The notes below the pieces were generated by a model. The model searched no databases, was not told where the DNA came from, and worked only from the letters and a program-made list of their open reading frames with translations. Shown piece by piece: positions 29,896-40,113 of a DNA stretch of 64,000 nucleotides. How positions within the stretch are numbered: position 1 is the first letter of the stretch; each line of letters opens with the position of its first letter. The stretch lies in contig JBBSXO010000005.1 of assembly GCA_038045705.1 (NCBI GenBank), positions 21,136 to 85,135 on the forward strand, written 5' to 3'. The position numbers were made by a program, and so were the translations under genes. The stretch is from Nanobdellota archaeon (GTDB lineage Archaea > Nanobdellota > Nanobdellia > Pacearchaeales > GW2011-AR1).

Positions 29896-31338
29896 CTATC
29901 CTTTTACAACTCCAAGGGGTTTGAGTCTGGCAACCATTTTTCCAATGCCAAGTTCATCACTTATACGAACAACTTCGTTAACATCTTTGTATGCTTCAGG
30001 AGCTTCGTCAACAGCACCTTTCAAACTCCCAGTTTGAAGAACAACATCTTTGTCTTGTAATTCTTTTTGCAAGCTTTCACTATTTATTGTTTTAGACGCT
30101 TCGCTTCTAGATAAAAGGCGTCCAGCACCATGAGCAGTGCTTCCAAAAGTTAGTTCTTCAGCTTTTTTAGTTCCAACTAAGACATAAGAATAAGTGCCCA
30201 TACTTCCAGGGATAAATATTGGACAACCTACCTTTCGATAGATTAAAGGCAATTCATTTCTACCAGGTCCAAAAGAACGAGTAGCACCCTTTCTATGCAC
30301 AAGTAATTTTCTTTTAACCCCATTTACAATATGTTCCTCAAATTTTGCAATATTATGTGCAAGATCATAAACTAAATTTAATTCTGATTTAGGGAAATAT
30401 TTTTTAAAGATTTTCCTAATTTGATGCATAATCAAATGTCTATTAGCAAATCCAAAGTTAGCAGCTGCAGCCATTGCAGACAAGTAATCTCTTCCTAAAT
30501 CAGATTCTATCTTAGCATAAGCTAATTGTCTATCAGGTAGATGTTTAAACCCATATTCATCCTCCATCTTTTTCATATAATCAGATGCAACTTGATGTCC
30601 AACCCCTCTACTACCTGAATGTATCATTATAGTAATTTGTCCAATTTTATTTATTCCAAATATTTTTGCAATCTTCTCATCATAAATTTGTTCAACTTCT
30701 TGAATTTCAAGAAAATGATTTCCAGCGCCAAGAGTTCCAAGTTGATTCATCCCTCTTCCACGCGCTTTAGCAGAAACTTTAGAAGCATCAGCCCCAAGTA
30801 TTTTTCCACTATCTTCACATTTATCTTTATCTTTTACATCACCATATCCCTTTTCAATAGCCCAACCAACCCCATTTAATAAAACTCGATCAATTTCTTT
30901 ATTATTTAACTTAAATTCACTTTTCTTTCCAACTCCAGAAGGAACACTGTTGTAAATATCCTTTAAGATATTATTTCTCTCATTCAAGAATTCATTTTTA
31001 GTTAAGTTTGTAGAGACTAAACGCACCCCACAATTAATATCAAAACCTATCACTCCTGGGCTAATAATTCCTTTTTTAGCATCAAATACAGCAACTCCTC
31101 CAACAGGAGCACCATAACCCTGATGTGCATCCATCATAGCCATAGAGTATCCAACTATCTCAGGCAATTTTGCTACATTTTTAACTTGAGTCAATGTTAA
31201 GTCGCTTTTTATTTTTTCAAACAATGCTTCAGAAGCGAATATTCTCCCAGGAACATTCATGCCTTCTTGTTTAGATAATTCATAAACAAATTCAGATATC
31301 TTTTTAATTTTTTCTTTCATTTTAATCATATATATCAT
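29896..31338 (-). CDS. rtcB: RNA-splicing ligase RtcB
   Basis: DAHQGYG, GFDINCG, GNHFLE, HSGSRG, HRKGAT and HGAGR motifs. Confidence 0.96.
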   Translation of the reverse strand: MIYMIKMKEKIKKISEFVYELSKQEGMNVPGRIFASEALFEKIKSDLTLTQVKNVAKLPEIVGYSMAMMDAHQGYGAPVGGVAVFDAKKGIISPGVIGFDINCGVRLVSTNLTKNEFLNERNNILKDIYNSVPSGVGKKSEFKLNNKEIDRVLLNGVGWAIEKGYGDVKDKDKCEDSGKILGADASKVSAKARGRGMNQLGTLGAGNHFLEIQEVEQIYDEKIAKIFGINKIGQITIMIHSGSRGVGHQVASDYMKKMEDEYGFKHLPDRQLAYAKIESDLGRDYLSAMAAAANFGFANRHLIMHQIRKIFKKYFPKSELNLVYDLAHNIAKFEEHIVNGVKRKLLVHRKGATRSFGPGRNELPLIYRKVGCPIFIPGSMGTYSYVLVGTKKAEELTFGSTAHGAGRLLSRSEASKTINSESLQKELQDKDVVLQTGSLKGAVDEAPEAYKDVNEVVRISDELGIGKMVARLKPLGVVKG

Positions 31339-31362
31339 TAATTAGATATTTTTAAACAATAG

Positions 31363-31788
31363 TCATACATCCAAAACAACTTGACATTCCCATATTTTAT
31401 CTTTTTGTTTAACATACATCTCAGCATAAGTCGGGGACTTAATTGCATCTAATGACTTATAATTTAATGTACTATCTCCATATAAAATAGCATTAATATT
31501 ATTTTTATTCAAATTTACCTTAGCATTTGAAACAACAAACTGCTTAGCATCAAACAAGTAAATTAATTCTTCAATGAATTTATACAATAAAGATTCATAA
31601 TCACTTCCAGAAATAGAAATTTCCTTATTTTTCAATGGTCTAATTTTTTCCCCTCTTGAGAATACTGAAGAAACTGCAAGAACACAGTTTTCAAACATTT
31701 CATTCAGGTTTTTACCATGAGCTATAAATTTTAGGTCTCCAGTATGCTTTAAAAATTCAAATCCTTTATTCATTTTTCTAAACAGCAA
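31363..31788 (-). CDS. Archease (RtcB cofactor)
   Basis: FLKHTGD, IKSPTY and C-terminal VLDV; adjacent to rtcB. Confidence 0.9.
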   Translation of the reverse strand: MLFRKMNKGFEFLKHTGDLKFIAHGKNLNEMFENCVLAVSSVFSRGEKIRPLKNKEISISGSDYESLLYKFIEELIYLFDAKQFVVSNAKVNLNKNNINAILYGDSTLNYKSLDAIKSPTYAEMYVKQKDKIWECQVVLDV

Positions 31789-31964
31789 TTATTGTATAAA
31801 TAACTTCGCTCTTAATAGAATTTATAATTCAGCTTCTAATAAAAAACTCAAACAAATCATCAATAAAGTTCTTAATTAGTTTAAAAGCGTACTCAGATAA
31901 AATATTACCTCTTTATAATAACAACAATAAAAAAGTTTAAATACATCAAATTTATCTAAAAAAT

Positions 31965-32666
31965 ATGAGTAGGCCAACATTCAGAATTTTATCGAAAGGA
32001 TTATCAAAAGGAGTGACTCCAGTAGAAGTAAATGGAGTACTTTACAATGCATCCTCAAAAGGTCCAGGAAACTTTAACAAATTAAGGCAAGCAGATTATG
32101 GACCGAGTTTTAGGCAAGGAACATTTGGAAACCAACTAGATATACTTCACGGAGCACATCTTAATCCAGGAGTAGATGGTGCATACAGAGTTACTCAAAC
32201 AGCAAGAACCTCCATTGTTTCAGGAAACACAGCAATGCTTTGCACTCCAAGAATAATCTTAGTTCAAAATAGACCTCAAGTTACAGATGGAAGAATTGTC
32301 ATGGATGAAGAGGATTTAACAAATAGGTTAACTGGAGATACGATAAGAGGGGTTACATTTGATAGAGCTAGAAGCATAGCTGGAATTCCGTATGGTCTTG
32401 CAAAAGAATGGCAAAATTCAGAACAAATGAGAAATAATCCAATTCCAATTGTATTAACAATGGATGAATCAGCTCCAGAAAAATTGGAGGAAATTCAAGA
32501 GGAAATAGGTAAAAGAAGCTATGTTTATGTTCTAGATCAAATTCAAGTTTCAAAACCAGAAATCACAGTTCCTGTTTTGGACGAGGACGACGTCAGGTTG
32601 AATCTCTTCGGCTTTGACCGGTACGTCTTGGATGGCCTCAGGCGATCGTTTGGGATATGTCAGTAA
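31965..32666 (+). CDS. Hypothetical protein with a C-terminal DGR-like variable region
   Basis: Last ~32 codons are GC-rich and enriched in NNC/NNT codons; ends RSFGICQ. Confidence 0.6.
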   Translation: MSRPTFRILSKGLSKGVTPVEVNGVLYNASSKGPGNFNKLRQADYGPSFRQGTFGNQLDILHGAHLNPGVDGAYRVTQTARTSIVSGNTAMLCTPRIILVQNRPQVTDGRIVMDEEDLTNRLTGDTIRGVTFDRARSIAGIPYGLAKEWQNSEQMRNNPIPIVLTMDESAPEKLEEIQEEIGKRSYVYVLDQIQVSKPEITVPVLDEDDVRLNLFGFDRYVLDGLRRSFGICQ

Positions 32667-32740
32667 TTCACACTCCAGATTTCACTCTTACTAAATTGAA
32701 GTCTTAAAAACAAACAACGTATTTTCTAGAAAATAATTGG

Positions 32741-33145
32741 TTATTCAACCCATAAAAATAATCTTAACTTAATAGGATTAAAATCACTCTTACTTGTGCT
32801 TATTATTCTTTCTGCAGAGAATACATTCCCTACATAAGCAGATTGTCCACAAGAACTAGTTATCACACAAGACCTTAACTCAAAGCTAATATAATCAGGT
32901 AGACTATTATTCACAAAAGCAAGAGTATTTACCATATTATTAACATTTGTTTGTTCACGTATAATTTCATTTCTTAAATTCTCTCGTACACTTATTTCAG
33001 ATAGTAAATCTCTAGCAAATTCAGATAAATCTTGAGTTTCCTGGCTTGGTAAATTTTGTTTATATGCAAGAATTAAAATTATAGAAATTAAAATTATTGC
33101 AATTAGTAGTTCAATCATTCTAGCAATTCCTTTCCTACTTACCAT
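32741..33145 (-). CDS. Class III signal peptide protein (minor pilin-like)
   Basis: MVSRKG|IARMIELLIAII. Confidence 0.7.
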   Translation of the reverse strand: MVSRKGIARMIELLIAIILISIILILAYKQNLPSQETQDLSEFARDLLSEISVRENLRNEIIREQTNVNNMVNTLAFVNNSLPDYISFELRSCVITSSCGQSAYVGNVFSAERIISTSKSDFNPIKLRLFLWVE

Positions 33146-33834
33146 ACTAACACCCTAATATCCGCATACTCTCTTCTTCCAGAATTTCTTATTATTTCAA
33201 TTCTATCATTTTTTGATAAAACTTCAACATTATCAGGAATTTCATTTAAACTCATTATTTGAGAGTCACTAAACTGAACAGCAAAACCAAAATCCAGCCT
33301 ATTGGGTAAATTAAGTTCTCGTTTTAATTCAGTATAATTAGAAAAATAACTTCTATTAAGTTCGAGAAACAAACTTTCAAAATACAGCTCTTCAGTATCT
33401 GAAGAAGAAATAAAATATTTATTTTCAATAGACTGACCATTTATAGAAGCCGGAGAGTTCTTTATTATTGGAGAGTACCTTATCCTAAAAAAGTATGTTC
33501 CATTTCTATCAAAATGGACAAATCCATTGTTTTTATAAGTCTCAATAATTACACCATCTTCATCTTCAACAGTAGCATTATAATTCATAGAAATTCCAGG
33601 TATTTTTAAAGAAACTATTGAGGGTACTAATTGACTGCTATCAATAGAAATAGCATAAGTTTCAACAATTTCTTTGGTCTCTTCAGAGACTTCTATCCAT
33701 GCATAGTCCATAGTAGACTTCAAAGTTCTTTGGCTTTGCAATGGATTAAAAAACACAAAAGCAAATACAACAAATCCTATAAATATAACAAATGAAATCA
33801 CAAATTCTATGTGACTCAACCCCTTTTTTGACAT
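33139..33834 (-). CDS. Class III signal peptide protein (minor pilin-like)
   Basis: MSKKG|LSHIEFVISFVIF with Glu at +5. Confidence 0.75.
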   Translation of the reverse strand: MSKKGLSHIEFVISFVIFIGFVVFAFVFFNPLQSQRTLKSTMDYAWIEVSEETKEIVETYAISIDSSQLVPSIVSLKIPGISMNYNATVEDEDGVIIETYKNNGFVHFDRNGTYFFRIRYSPIIKNSPASINGQSIENKYFISSSDTEELYFESLFLELNRSYFSNYTELKRELNLPNRLDFGFAVQFSDSQIMSLNEIPDNVEVLSKNDRIEIIRNSGRREYADIRVLVW

Positions 33835-33866
33835 TAAACTGGGAAAATTAGCTTTATTTATATAGA

Positions 33867-34649
33867 TTGCCCCTTATTAGAAACATGGAAAACCTAGTAA
33901 GAAAAATAAAGGAAAAATATGAGCTAAATAGTCTTCCAGACAGCCTTGTTAAGTCAACTTTAGAAACATATTTGTTAAAAAACAAAGTAAAATATATAAA
34001 TTCAGAAAAGAGTCAAAAAATAATAGTAAAAGAGGTCAGAAAAGAGCTAAGAAGATATACAGGACAATATGCTTCTAAAACAAACATAAAAAATAGGCAG
34101 GAATTAATAAAAAAAGAAGATATAATTGGATTGTTAAAAGAACATTCATCAACAAGAGAGAGATTAGAAGATTATCCATTAGTAAAAGATATAATAAAAA
34201 AAATCAATCCGAAAAGTATATTAGATTTAGGCTGTGGTGTCAATCCAATAGCAATAGCTTCAAAAGGGATAAAGTATCACGCTTATGACATCAACCAAAA
34301 TGATTTGGAAATAGTAAATGAGTTCTTCAAAATAAACAAGATAGAAGGAGATATTTATCACAAAGACATCAGAGAAGAAAGTCTGTTTCCAAAAGTAGAT
34401 CTATGTATTATCTTTAAAGTTCTAGACATTTTAGGAGATGATAGAAATAAAGTTACAAAAGATATTTTAACAAAAGTAGATTCGAAGTATTTCTTAATTA
34501 GTTTCGCAACAAGAACTTTATCAGGCAAACCAATGAATAGCCCATACAGAAGATGGTTTGAAAAAATCCTACAAGTTTTAAATTATAAATATGAGGTCAA
34601 AAGAACAAGGCAGGAATTGTTTTATATTATTCAGAAGACTACAGCATAA
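33867..34649 (+). CDS. ArmA/Rmt (FmrO)-like SAM-dependent rRNA methyltransferase (start probably 33885)
   Basis: HSSTRERL, LDLGCGVNP, YHAYDI, IFKVLD and ISFATRTLSG motifs. Confidence 0.8.
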   Translation: MPLIRNMENLVRKIKEKYELNSLPDSLVKSTLETYLLKNKVKYINSEKSQKIIVKEVRKELRRYTGQYASKTNIKNRQELIKKEDIIGLLKEHSSTRERLEDYPLVKDIIKKINPKSILDLGCGVNPIAIASKGIKYHAYDINQNDLEIVNEFFKINKIEGDIYHKDIREESLFPKVDLCIIFKVLDILGDDRNKVTKDILTKVDSKYFLISFATRTLSGKPMNSPYRRWFEKILQVLNYKYEVKRTRQELFYIIQKTTA

Positions 34650-34675
34650 TACTTTATCAACGTAAGAATTCTTTT

Positions 34676-35047
34676 TTAAGAGAAGCTATATCTTATTCTT
34701 GCCCAAATACCTGGCTTAGTCTTCATTATACATTCCTTTTTAGATGTTTTAAAGTCAGCTTTGCATTTTTTCATATCAGTTTTGTAATCATTCTTGCATT
34801 TCTTTGTCTGAGCAGTATCATTACCAACAGTAGTTATACACTCCCCTCTTATCCCTTTTACAGTATCATAACAAATGTTTTTTATGCCAACGGCTTCAAC
34901 AACACATTGACCATAAGTCATGTTTATTTCACTTCCCCTACCAGCATTAGAATTATTATTTTCATTATTTTGAGCAATTACCATGCCCGCAGATCCAACA
35001 AATAGAAACAAAACAATAGAAACCAAAACCATGCTAACTTTATTCAT
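34676..35047 (-). CDS. Small secreted protein with six regularly spaced Cys
   Basis: Signal peptide; CX10CX10C-X13-CX10CX10C. Confidence 0.7.
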   Translation of the reverse strand: MNKVSMVLVSIVLFLFVGSAGMVIAQNNENNNSNAGRGSEINMTYGQCVVEAVGIKNICYDTVKGIRGECITTVGNDTAQTKKCKNDYKTDMKKCKADFKTSKKECIMKTKPGIWARIRYSFS

Positions 35048-35117
35048 ATATCATAATCTAGTCTCTTATTTATAAATATTCTCAAACAATATGCTAACCA
35101 TCCATCAATTAAATAAT

Positions 35118-35981
35118 TCACAAAAATAGTTTAGCCCCTGTAGATATCAAAAATGCAGCAATAGTCATAACAAAAGAATGTTTTACCCCCGCTTTTATTG
35201 AGCCTTCTGAAAGTTTTCCTATAGCAAGACCACTAAATAATCCTTGAAGTAAAAGCATCCATAATAATGGTCTGGATAAATCATCAGTAGAGAAACTATC
35301 TCCACTAGAAACAGGTAATCCTGACTGTCCAAATCCGCTACTACCTATTCCTTCCAAACCACCCACATTTTGCACATCTTCAGTCAATGGAATAATTTTA
35401 AATTGCATAACTAACATTATTCCTATGAATATAAAGAATATTATATATCCCTGAACAACTAAACTTGAAATAGAAGCAGCCCTTTCTTTTTTCAATTTTT
35501 CAATTTGGTAAATAGAAGAAGCCACAGAGTCAAGAATATCATCTATTTTACCACCAGCCATTTCTGCTTCCTTAATTAAGCCAATTGCTCTTTTTACAGT
35601 AACACTTCCAATATCTCCAGCAAACGTATCTAAAGCCCTGCTCATAGGAATTCCCATAGATATTTGATTAGCAAGTTTTCCTATGTTTTCAGTTAAAGAA
35701 CCAAAATTTTTATTCTTCATATTTCTTATGCTCTGTCCTATAGGAGTCCCACCTTTAACATTTTCAGCAAGTGCACGAGCAAATTCAAGAAACTGTTCAT
35801 TTTTTTCCTTCTCAAGGTTTGTTTCAAATATAGTTGTTGCAACAAAAGGTAGTGCTATTATAGTCATAGCTATTCCAACAAGAAAGTAGAAAAGATTTTC
35901 CCCAAAGAAAAATATAAAATCTATAACAATTAAGATTAATCCAAATATTATTCCTATCCAGTTTGCTTTTTTTAGTATCAT
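35118..35981 (-). CDS. Type IV pilus platform protein (TadC/FlaJ-like, T2SS-F)
   Basis: FARALAENVKGG...GKLANQISMG...EAEMAGG; C-terminal GKLSEGSIKAGVKH. Confidence 0.88.
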   Translation of the reverse strand: MILKKANWIGIIFGLILIVIDFIFFFGENLFYFLVGIAMTIIALPFVATTIFETNLEKEKNEQFLEFARALAENVKGGTPIGQSIRNMKNKNFGSLTENIGKLANQISMGIPMSRALDTFAGDIGSVTVKRAIGLIKEAEMAGGKIDDILDSVASSIYQIEKLKKERAASISSLVVQGYIIFFIFIGIMLVMQFKIIPLTEDVQNVGGLEGIGSSGFGQSGLPVSSGDSFSTDDLSRPLLWMLLLQGLFSGLAIGKLSEGSIKAGVKHSFVMTIAAFLISTGAKLFL

Positions 35982-35982
35982 T

Positions 35983-37275
35983 TTAATAGTTTGGCTGTTT
36001 CATATGCAGAAATGCAATGAACAAAACATTTACAATTGCTACTAGTCCAATAATAGCTGTAGTCATTTGAGTAGGATTGAAACCAGTGCTTATTTTAGAT
36101 ATGGATATTATAACAAGTAGCATAACCATAATCATAGGAGTAGCAATTACTATGCTAATATACAAATCCATAAAAGTTTCAGCAGACTTATTAGCTTTTT
36201 CTCTTTCAAGTCTATACTCAAGTAATAAACTTTCAGCTCTTTTCTCAAAAAATTTCCTCATATCCCCACCAGAATTTATTGTAACTGCCATCCCATTAAG
36301 TAACTCAGAGAATCTGGAGCTAGGGGTAGATAAAGAAACATTTCTTAGAGCGGTACTCAAGTCATAACCATAAAGGTTTGTTTGGTTTAATATTTTTCTA
36401 AATTCATTTCCAGCAAATTCATATTCTTTACTTGTTGCAATTATCTTAAATAATTCAATGGGTTCAATTCCACTTCCAGAGATAGAGGCCATATGAATAA
36501 CAACAAAAGGAATTTCTTGATTTATTTTTCCAGAGGTAGATTTCTTCTCAGCAGCAGGATAAGAATAGAAAAGCAAGAAAGCAACTCCAGGAAATGCAAG
36601 AGGTATCCACAAAATTTTAATTAAGCGCAATATGTAAGATTCTGAATATATTTTTATTGACAAGTTAAAAAAATCTACAGTAAAAAATAGCATAAATATC
36701 ATAACAAATATACTTACAAAAGATGCAACTAAAATAGACATAAACATCATAGACAAATAAGTGGTTGAAAGTATATTTAGATTACTTTTCTTTATATCAA
36801 GTATAAGTGATTTGAAAGAACCTTCATTAACGAGTCTCTGTGAGAAATTGAAGAAAAATCTATTCGAAGTTTTCCCATACCAATTTGTAGTATTAAATTT
36901 TTCTATTCTTTTTGGTTTTTCTTTCTGTCTCTTCTTTATTTTTTTAAGTAACTGAGAATCAATATTAAGTTCTTTCAAGAACTCATTCCTTCCCCTCTCA
37001 GAAACAAAAACTGAAACCTCTTTTAACGGAATTACTTCTAGTTTTTTAAATTTTTCAGATTGATTCTTTGACAAATCAAAATTATCTATTTTATTTATTA
37101 ATTCAGGCAAACTATTATTCAATATTTTTATTCTTTTTATCAAAGACTCGGCTATTTGAGAATATATTCTAATTTCTTCAGAATCAAGCTGAGACTCATT
37201 AGAGTAAATATTATCAAGCTCACGTATCATCCCTATTTCAGCATCAATATTAGATTTCAAACTTTTAATGATCAT
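35983..37275 (-). CDS. Type IV pilus platform protein (TadB/FlaJ-like, T2SS-F)
   Basis: INQEIPFVVIHMASISGSG...GYDLSTALR...TPS...INSGGD. Confidence 0.88.
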   Translation of the reverse strand: MIIKSLKSNIDAEIGMIRELDNIYSNESQLDSEEIRIYSQIAESLIKRIKILNNSLPELINKIDNFDLSKNQSEKFKKLEVIPLKEVSVFVSERGRNEFLKELNIDSQLLKKIKKRQKEKPKRIEKFNTTNWYGKTSNRFFFNFSQRLVNEGSFKSLILDIKKSNLNILSTTYLSMMFMSILVASFVSIFVMIFMLFFTVDFFNLSIKIYSESYILRLIKILWIPLAFPGVAFLLFYSYPAAEKKSTSGKINQEIPFVVIHMASISGSGIEPIELFKIIATSKEYEFAGNEFRKILNQTNLYGYDLSTALRNVSLSTPSSRFSELLNGMAVTINSGGDMRKFFEKRAESLLLEYRLEREKANKSAETFMDLYISIVIATPMIMVMLLVIISISKISTGFNPTQMTTAIIGLVAIVNVLFIAFLHMKQPNY

Positions 37276-37433
37276 AGTATTTTATCAAAACTCCTTTGTA
37301 GTTCAAACAACTTTTCTTTTAGTTGAGAGACCATTTCAAATTCATGTTTTTCCAATGCATTATCCAGTTTGTTTACAATATCTTTCATCTGAACGAGCAT
37401 TTTGTAAGCTAAAACAACATCCTCTTTCCTCAT
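37272..37433 (-). CDS. Small coiled-coil protein (53 aa) in the pilus operon
   Basis: Translated by hand: MRKEDVVLAYKMLVQMKDIVNKLD...; its stop overlaps the next ATG. Confidence 0.5.
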   Translation of the reverse strand: MRKEDVVLAYKMLVQMKDIVNKLDNALEKHEFEMVSQLKEKLFELQRSFDKIL

Positions 37434-37471
37434 AAAACTGAAAGGAGAAATTGCTTTATATATCTTTTAAT

Positions 37472-38995
37472 CTACTCTATGCCAAACCTTTGTAAAACAA
37501 GTTTAGAATTTCGATAATAATCAACAACTATCTTCCTAACTTCATCAAAACCAAATATTTTTCTCCTATAAAGTTCATACAACAGTTTTGTTCTATTTGC
37601 AAACTCTTTTTGTAATTCTTCTACAGTCAATCCATAACGAACAGATATTTTCTCGAAAACTTTACTTTCTTTCTTAAAATAGAAAGTATCTTGACCTGGA
37701 TTCCATACAAAAGGAGTATTAACCAAAACCATTCCATCTCCTTTTACATTAATTATCTCAACTATCTCTCTTAATCTTCTAGTTTCATTCTTCTTTATTA
37801 GTGCATGAGTCATTATAGCTACACAGTCAAGAGAGTTCACGAGAGTAGGTGAAAGCTCAATAGGGGGAGTTTCCAAACGTTTTATCAAAGTATCAACAGA
37901 ATCAGCGTGCATTGTGCTTATAGAAGGGTGTCCTGAAGCCATTCCCTGGAATAATACGAAAGCCTCTTTACCTCTAACCTCTCCAACGATAACATAGTTA
38001 GGATTCTGTCTGAAAGAATTTTTTAACAAATCAAATAAGTCTACTTCTCCAACACCTCCTTTACCAATAGCAACTCTGGAAACTGCAGGAATCCAATTTT
38101 CTCTAGGTAAGTTTAGTTCTCTAGTATCTTCAATACTAACGACATGAGCCTCTGGAGGAATAAAAAATGCAATAGCATTAAGTAATGTAGTTTTACCCGA
38201 AGAAGTTCCTCCAGCAATAAATATGTTTGATTTGTATTGCACAAGAATCCAAAAGTATGCAAGCATCTCAGGACTTAAAGTATTGAATGATATAAGTTGT
38301 ATCGGGGTCCATGGTATTTTCGTAAATTTACGAAGAGTGAAAGTAGGTCCTTTAGAGGTAACATCTTGGGTATATGTAGCATTTACTCTAGATCCGTCAG
38401 GTAATGTTCCATCAAGCAAAGGTTCAGAATAAGAAACATATTTTCCAGACCTTTGAGCAAGCTTCTCAACAAAACTTGACAAGTGATCTATCTCGCTGAA
38501 TTTTAATGTAGTTCTAATATTACTATATACTCTATGAACTATGTAAATCGGAGTATTAACACCATTACACTCAATATCTTCTATAAAATAGTCTCTCAAT
38601 AAAGGTTCTATTTCATTAAAACCTACAAAATCCCTATATAAATAATAGAATATCTTTTCATAACTTCCTTCTTCAATTTTAATATTTAATTCACTTATAA
38701 GAAATTTAGCAGTTTTATCAACATACTCCATTATTTTTTCAGGAGTTTTTTCAGTAACTACATTGACATTAATTAGTTCAATCATAGCATCTTCTAATTT
38801 CTTAATTACGCCCTTTTCATCTTCTTTTAAAAGTGGTTCTTCAACATCATAAATGAGCTCTTCAGAATTATCATCCCAATAAATATGAGCATTAGCAAAA
38901 GGTTGTATTAATGCATACCTAACGTCAATTTTTGTTCTATCCATTGTCTTAGGTAAATCAGGTACAATAGGATTAGGATTTATAGTTATCACCAT
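37472..38995 (-). CDS. Type II/IV secretion (pilus assembly) ATPase
   Basis: IEDIECNG, GGTSSGKTT, SIEDTRE, VGEVRG and GH..ISTMHA motifs. Confidence 0.93.
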   Translation of the reverse strand: MVITINPNPIVPDLPKTMDRTKIDVRYALIQPFANAHIYWDDNSEELIYDVEEPLLKEDEKGVIKKLEDAMIELINVNVVTEKTPEKIMEYVDKTAKFLISELNIKIEEGSYEKIFYYLYRDFVGFNEIEPLLRDYFIEDIECNGVNTPIYIVHRVYSNIRTTLKFSEIDHLSSFVEKLAQRSGKYVSYSEPLLDGTLPDGSRVNATYTQDVTSKGPTFTLRKFTKIPWTPIQLISFNTLSPEMLAYFWILVQYKSNIFIAGGTSSGKTTLLNAIAFFIPPEAHVVSIEDTRELNLPRENWIPAVSRVAIGKGGVGEVDLFDLLKNSFRQNPNYVIVGEVRGKEAFVLFQGMASGHPSISTMHADSVDTLIKRLETPPIELSPTLVNSLDCVAIMTHALIKKNETRRLREIVEIINVKGDGMVLVNTPFVWNPGQDTFYFKKESKVFEKISVRYGLTVEELQKEFANRTKLLYELYRRKIFGFDEVRKIVVDYYRNSKLVLQRFGIE

Positions 38996-39041
38996 TTTTC
39001 ACCTCTACAAAATAAAATCAACGAGACATTTAAACCTATCT

Positions 39042-39569
39042 TTAAGAACCTTCAGTTATGTCTATCCAAGGCTTATTATTTACAATACCCCTATTCTCAA
39101 CAAAGAACTCATAAGGGATGCTTACTGGAGTAAAAGTTTGTTTTTGTCTATCTGATCCATCATAAGTAATGTTATAAACATAAGGTAGCGATAAAGTTAT
39201 TTTATATCTTTCAGTAAGCTCTTCAGTCAAAACTTTTATTCTTCCAAGATTTAATTCAACCCCAGGTTCTGAATAACGCACATTAGATTCTTCAAGCACA
39301 TATTCAAGTTCATTTTCTATCGAATCTACTGAGATCGCGCCCCTGTCTAATCTAAAATTAATTTTTCTCTTATTTCCAGGAGCATCAAGTATCTCTACAA
39401 TTTTTGAATCAAATGTGTTTAGAGACCCTATTGTTTGTTCAATCACGGATCTATCTCTAAACTCCTTTACTTTAGGTGTTAATATTGCAAGAACAAGTCC
39501 TATTAATGCAAGACCTATTAGAGTATAGATTACAGTCTCAACCCAGATTTGTCCCCTTCTAAAATTCAT
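39042..39569 (-). CDS. Class III signal peptide protein (pilin-like)
   Basis: MNFRRG|QIWVETVIYTLIG. Confidence 0.75.
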   Translation of the reverse strand: MNFRRGQIWVETVIYTLIGLALIGLVLAILTPKVKEFRDRSVIEQTIGSLNTFDSKIVEILDAPGNKRKINFRLDRGAISVDSIENELEYVLEESNVRYSEPGVELNLGRIKVLTEELTERYKITLSLPYVYNITYDGSDRQKQTFTPVSIPYEFFVENRGIVNNKPWIDITEGS

Positions 39570-40075
39570 TAGAAACTAACTCCGTTGCAAGGCTCAAACT
39601 CAATAGTATCCGCAACAGAACACACTTCACCAGATGCAGTCAACGCAGAGATTTCTGCTTTCTGGTAAACTCCAGTAGTTACATAAGTCCTCTGACCACC
39701 AACACTAGGGAAAGTTAAAGGATCATCAGGATTAGCTCCAAGAACTCTTAAATTAGAGACAGTTGAACCATTATAAATATCATAAACATCAGAATTTCCA
39801 TTATTATTAATAAGTCCAACTTTAACTTTTGATATCTTTTCTTTGTTTATCTTAACAGAAAATCCAGTTTCGCTAGAATTAGAATCATAACAATTAAATC
39901 TACTCTCAGGAAATTCTACGCCTTCAAATGTATCCAGGCAGTCCTTACTGTCCCCAAGTTTATCATTAACAAAAGGTATTACAACAGAAAATACTATTCC
40001 TCCAATAATTATTGTTAAAACAAGTAAGAGTACAGTAGCAACAACAGGACTAACAGCTTTTCTAAACATCACCAT
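39569..40075 (-). CDS. Archaeal type IV pilin
   Basis: RKA|VSPVVATVLLLVLT. Confidence 0.85.
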   Translation of the reverse strand: MVMFRKAVSPVVATVLLLVLTIIIGGIVFSVVIPFVNDKLGDSKDCLDTFEGVEFPESRFNCYDSNSSETGFSVKINKEKISKVKVGLINNNGNSDVYDIYNGSTVSNLRVLGANPDDPLTFPSVGGQRTYVTTGVYQKAEISALTASGEVCSVADTIEFEPCNGVSF

Positions 40076-40113
40076 AAAGTATAAAGCAAAAAATAGTTTT
40101 TATATCTTTTCAA

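Noticed and set aside
31790-31964. DGR template repeat upstream of the putative target
   Set aside because: The short AACAAC run does not align with the 32569-32666 region, and no reverse transcriptase is in the window.
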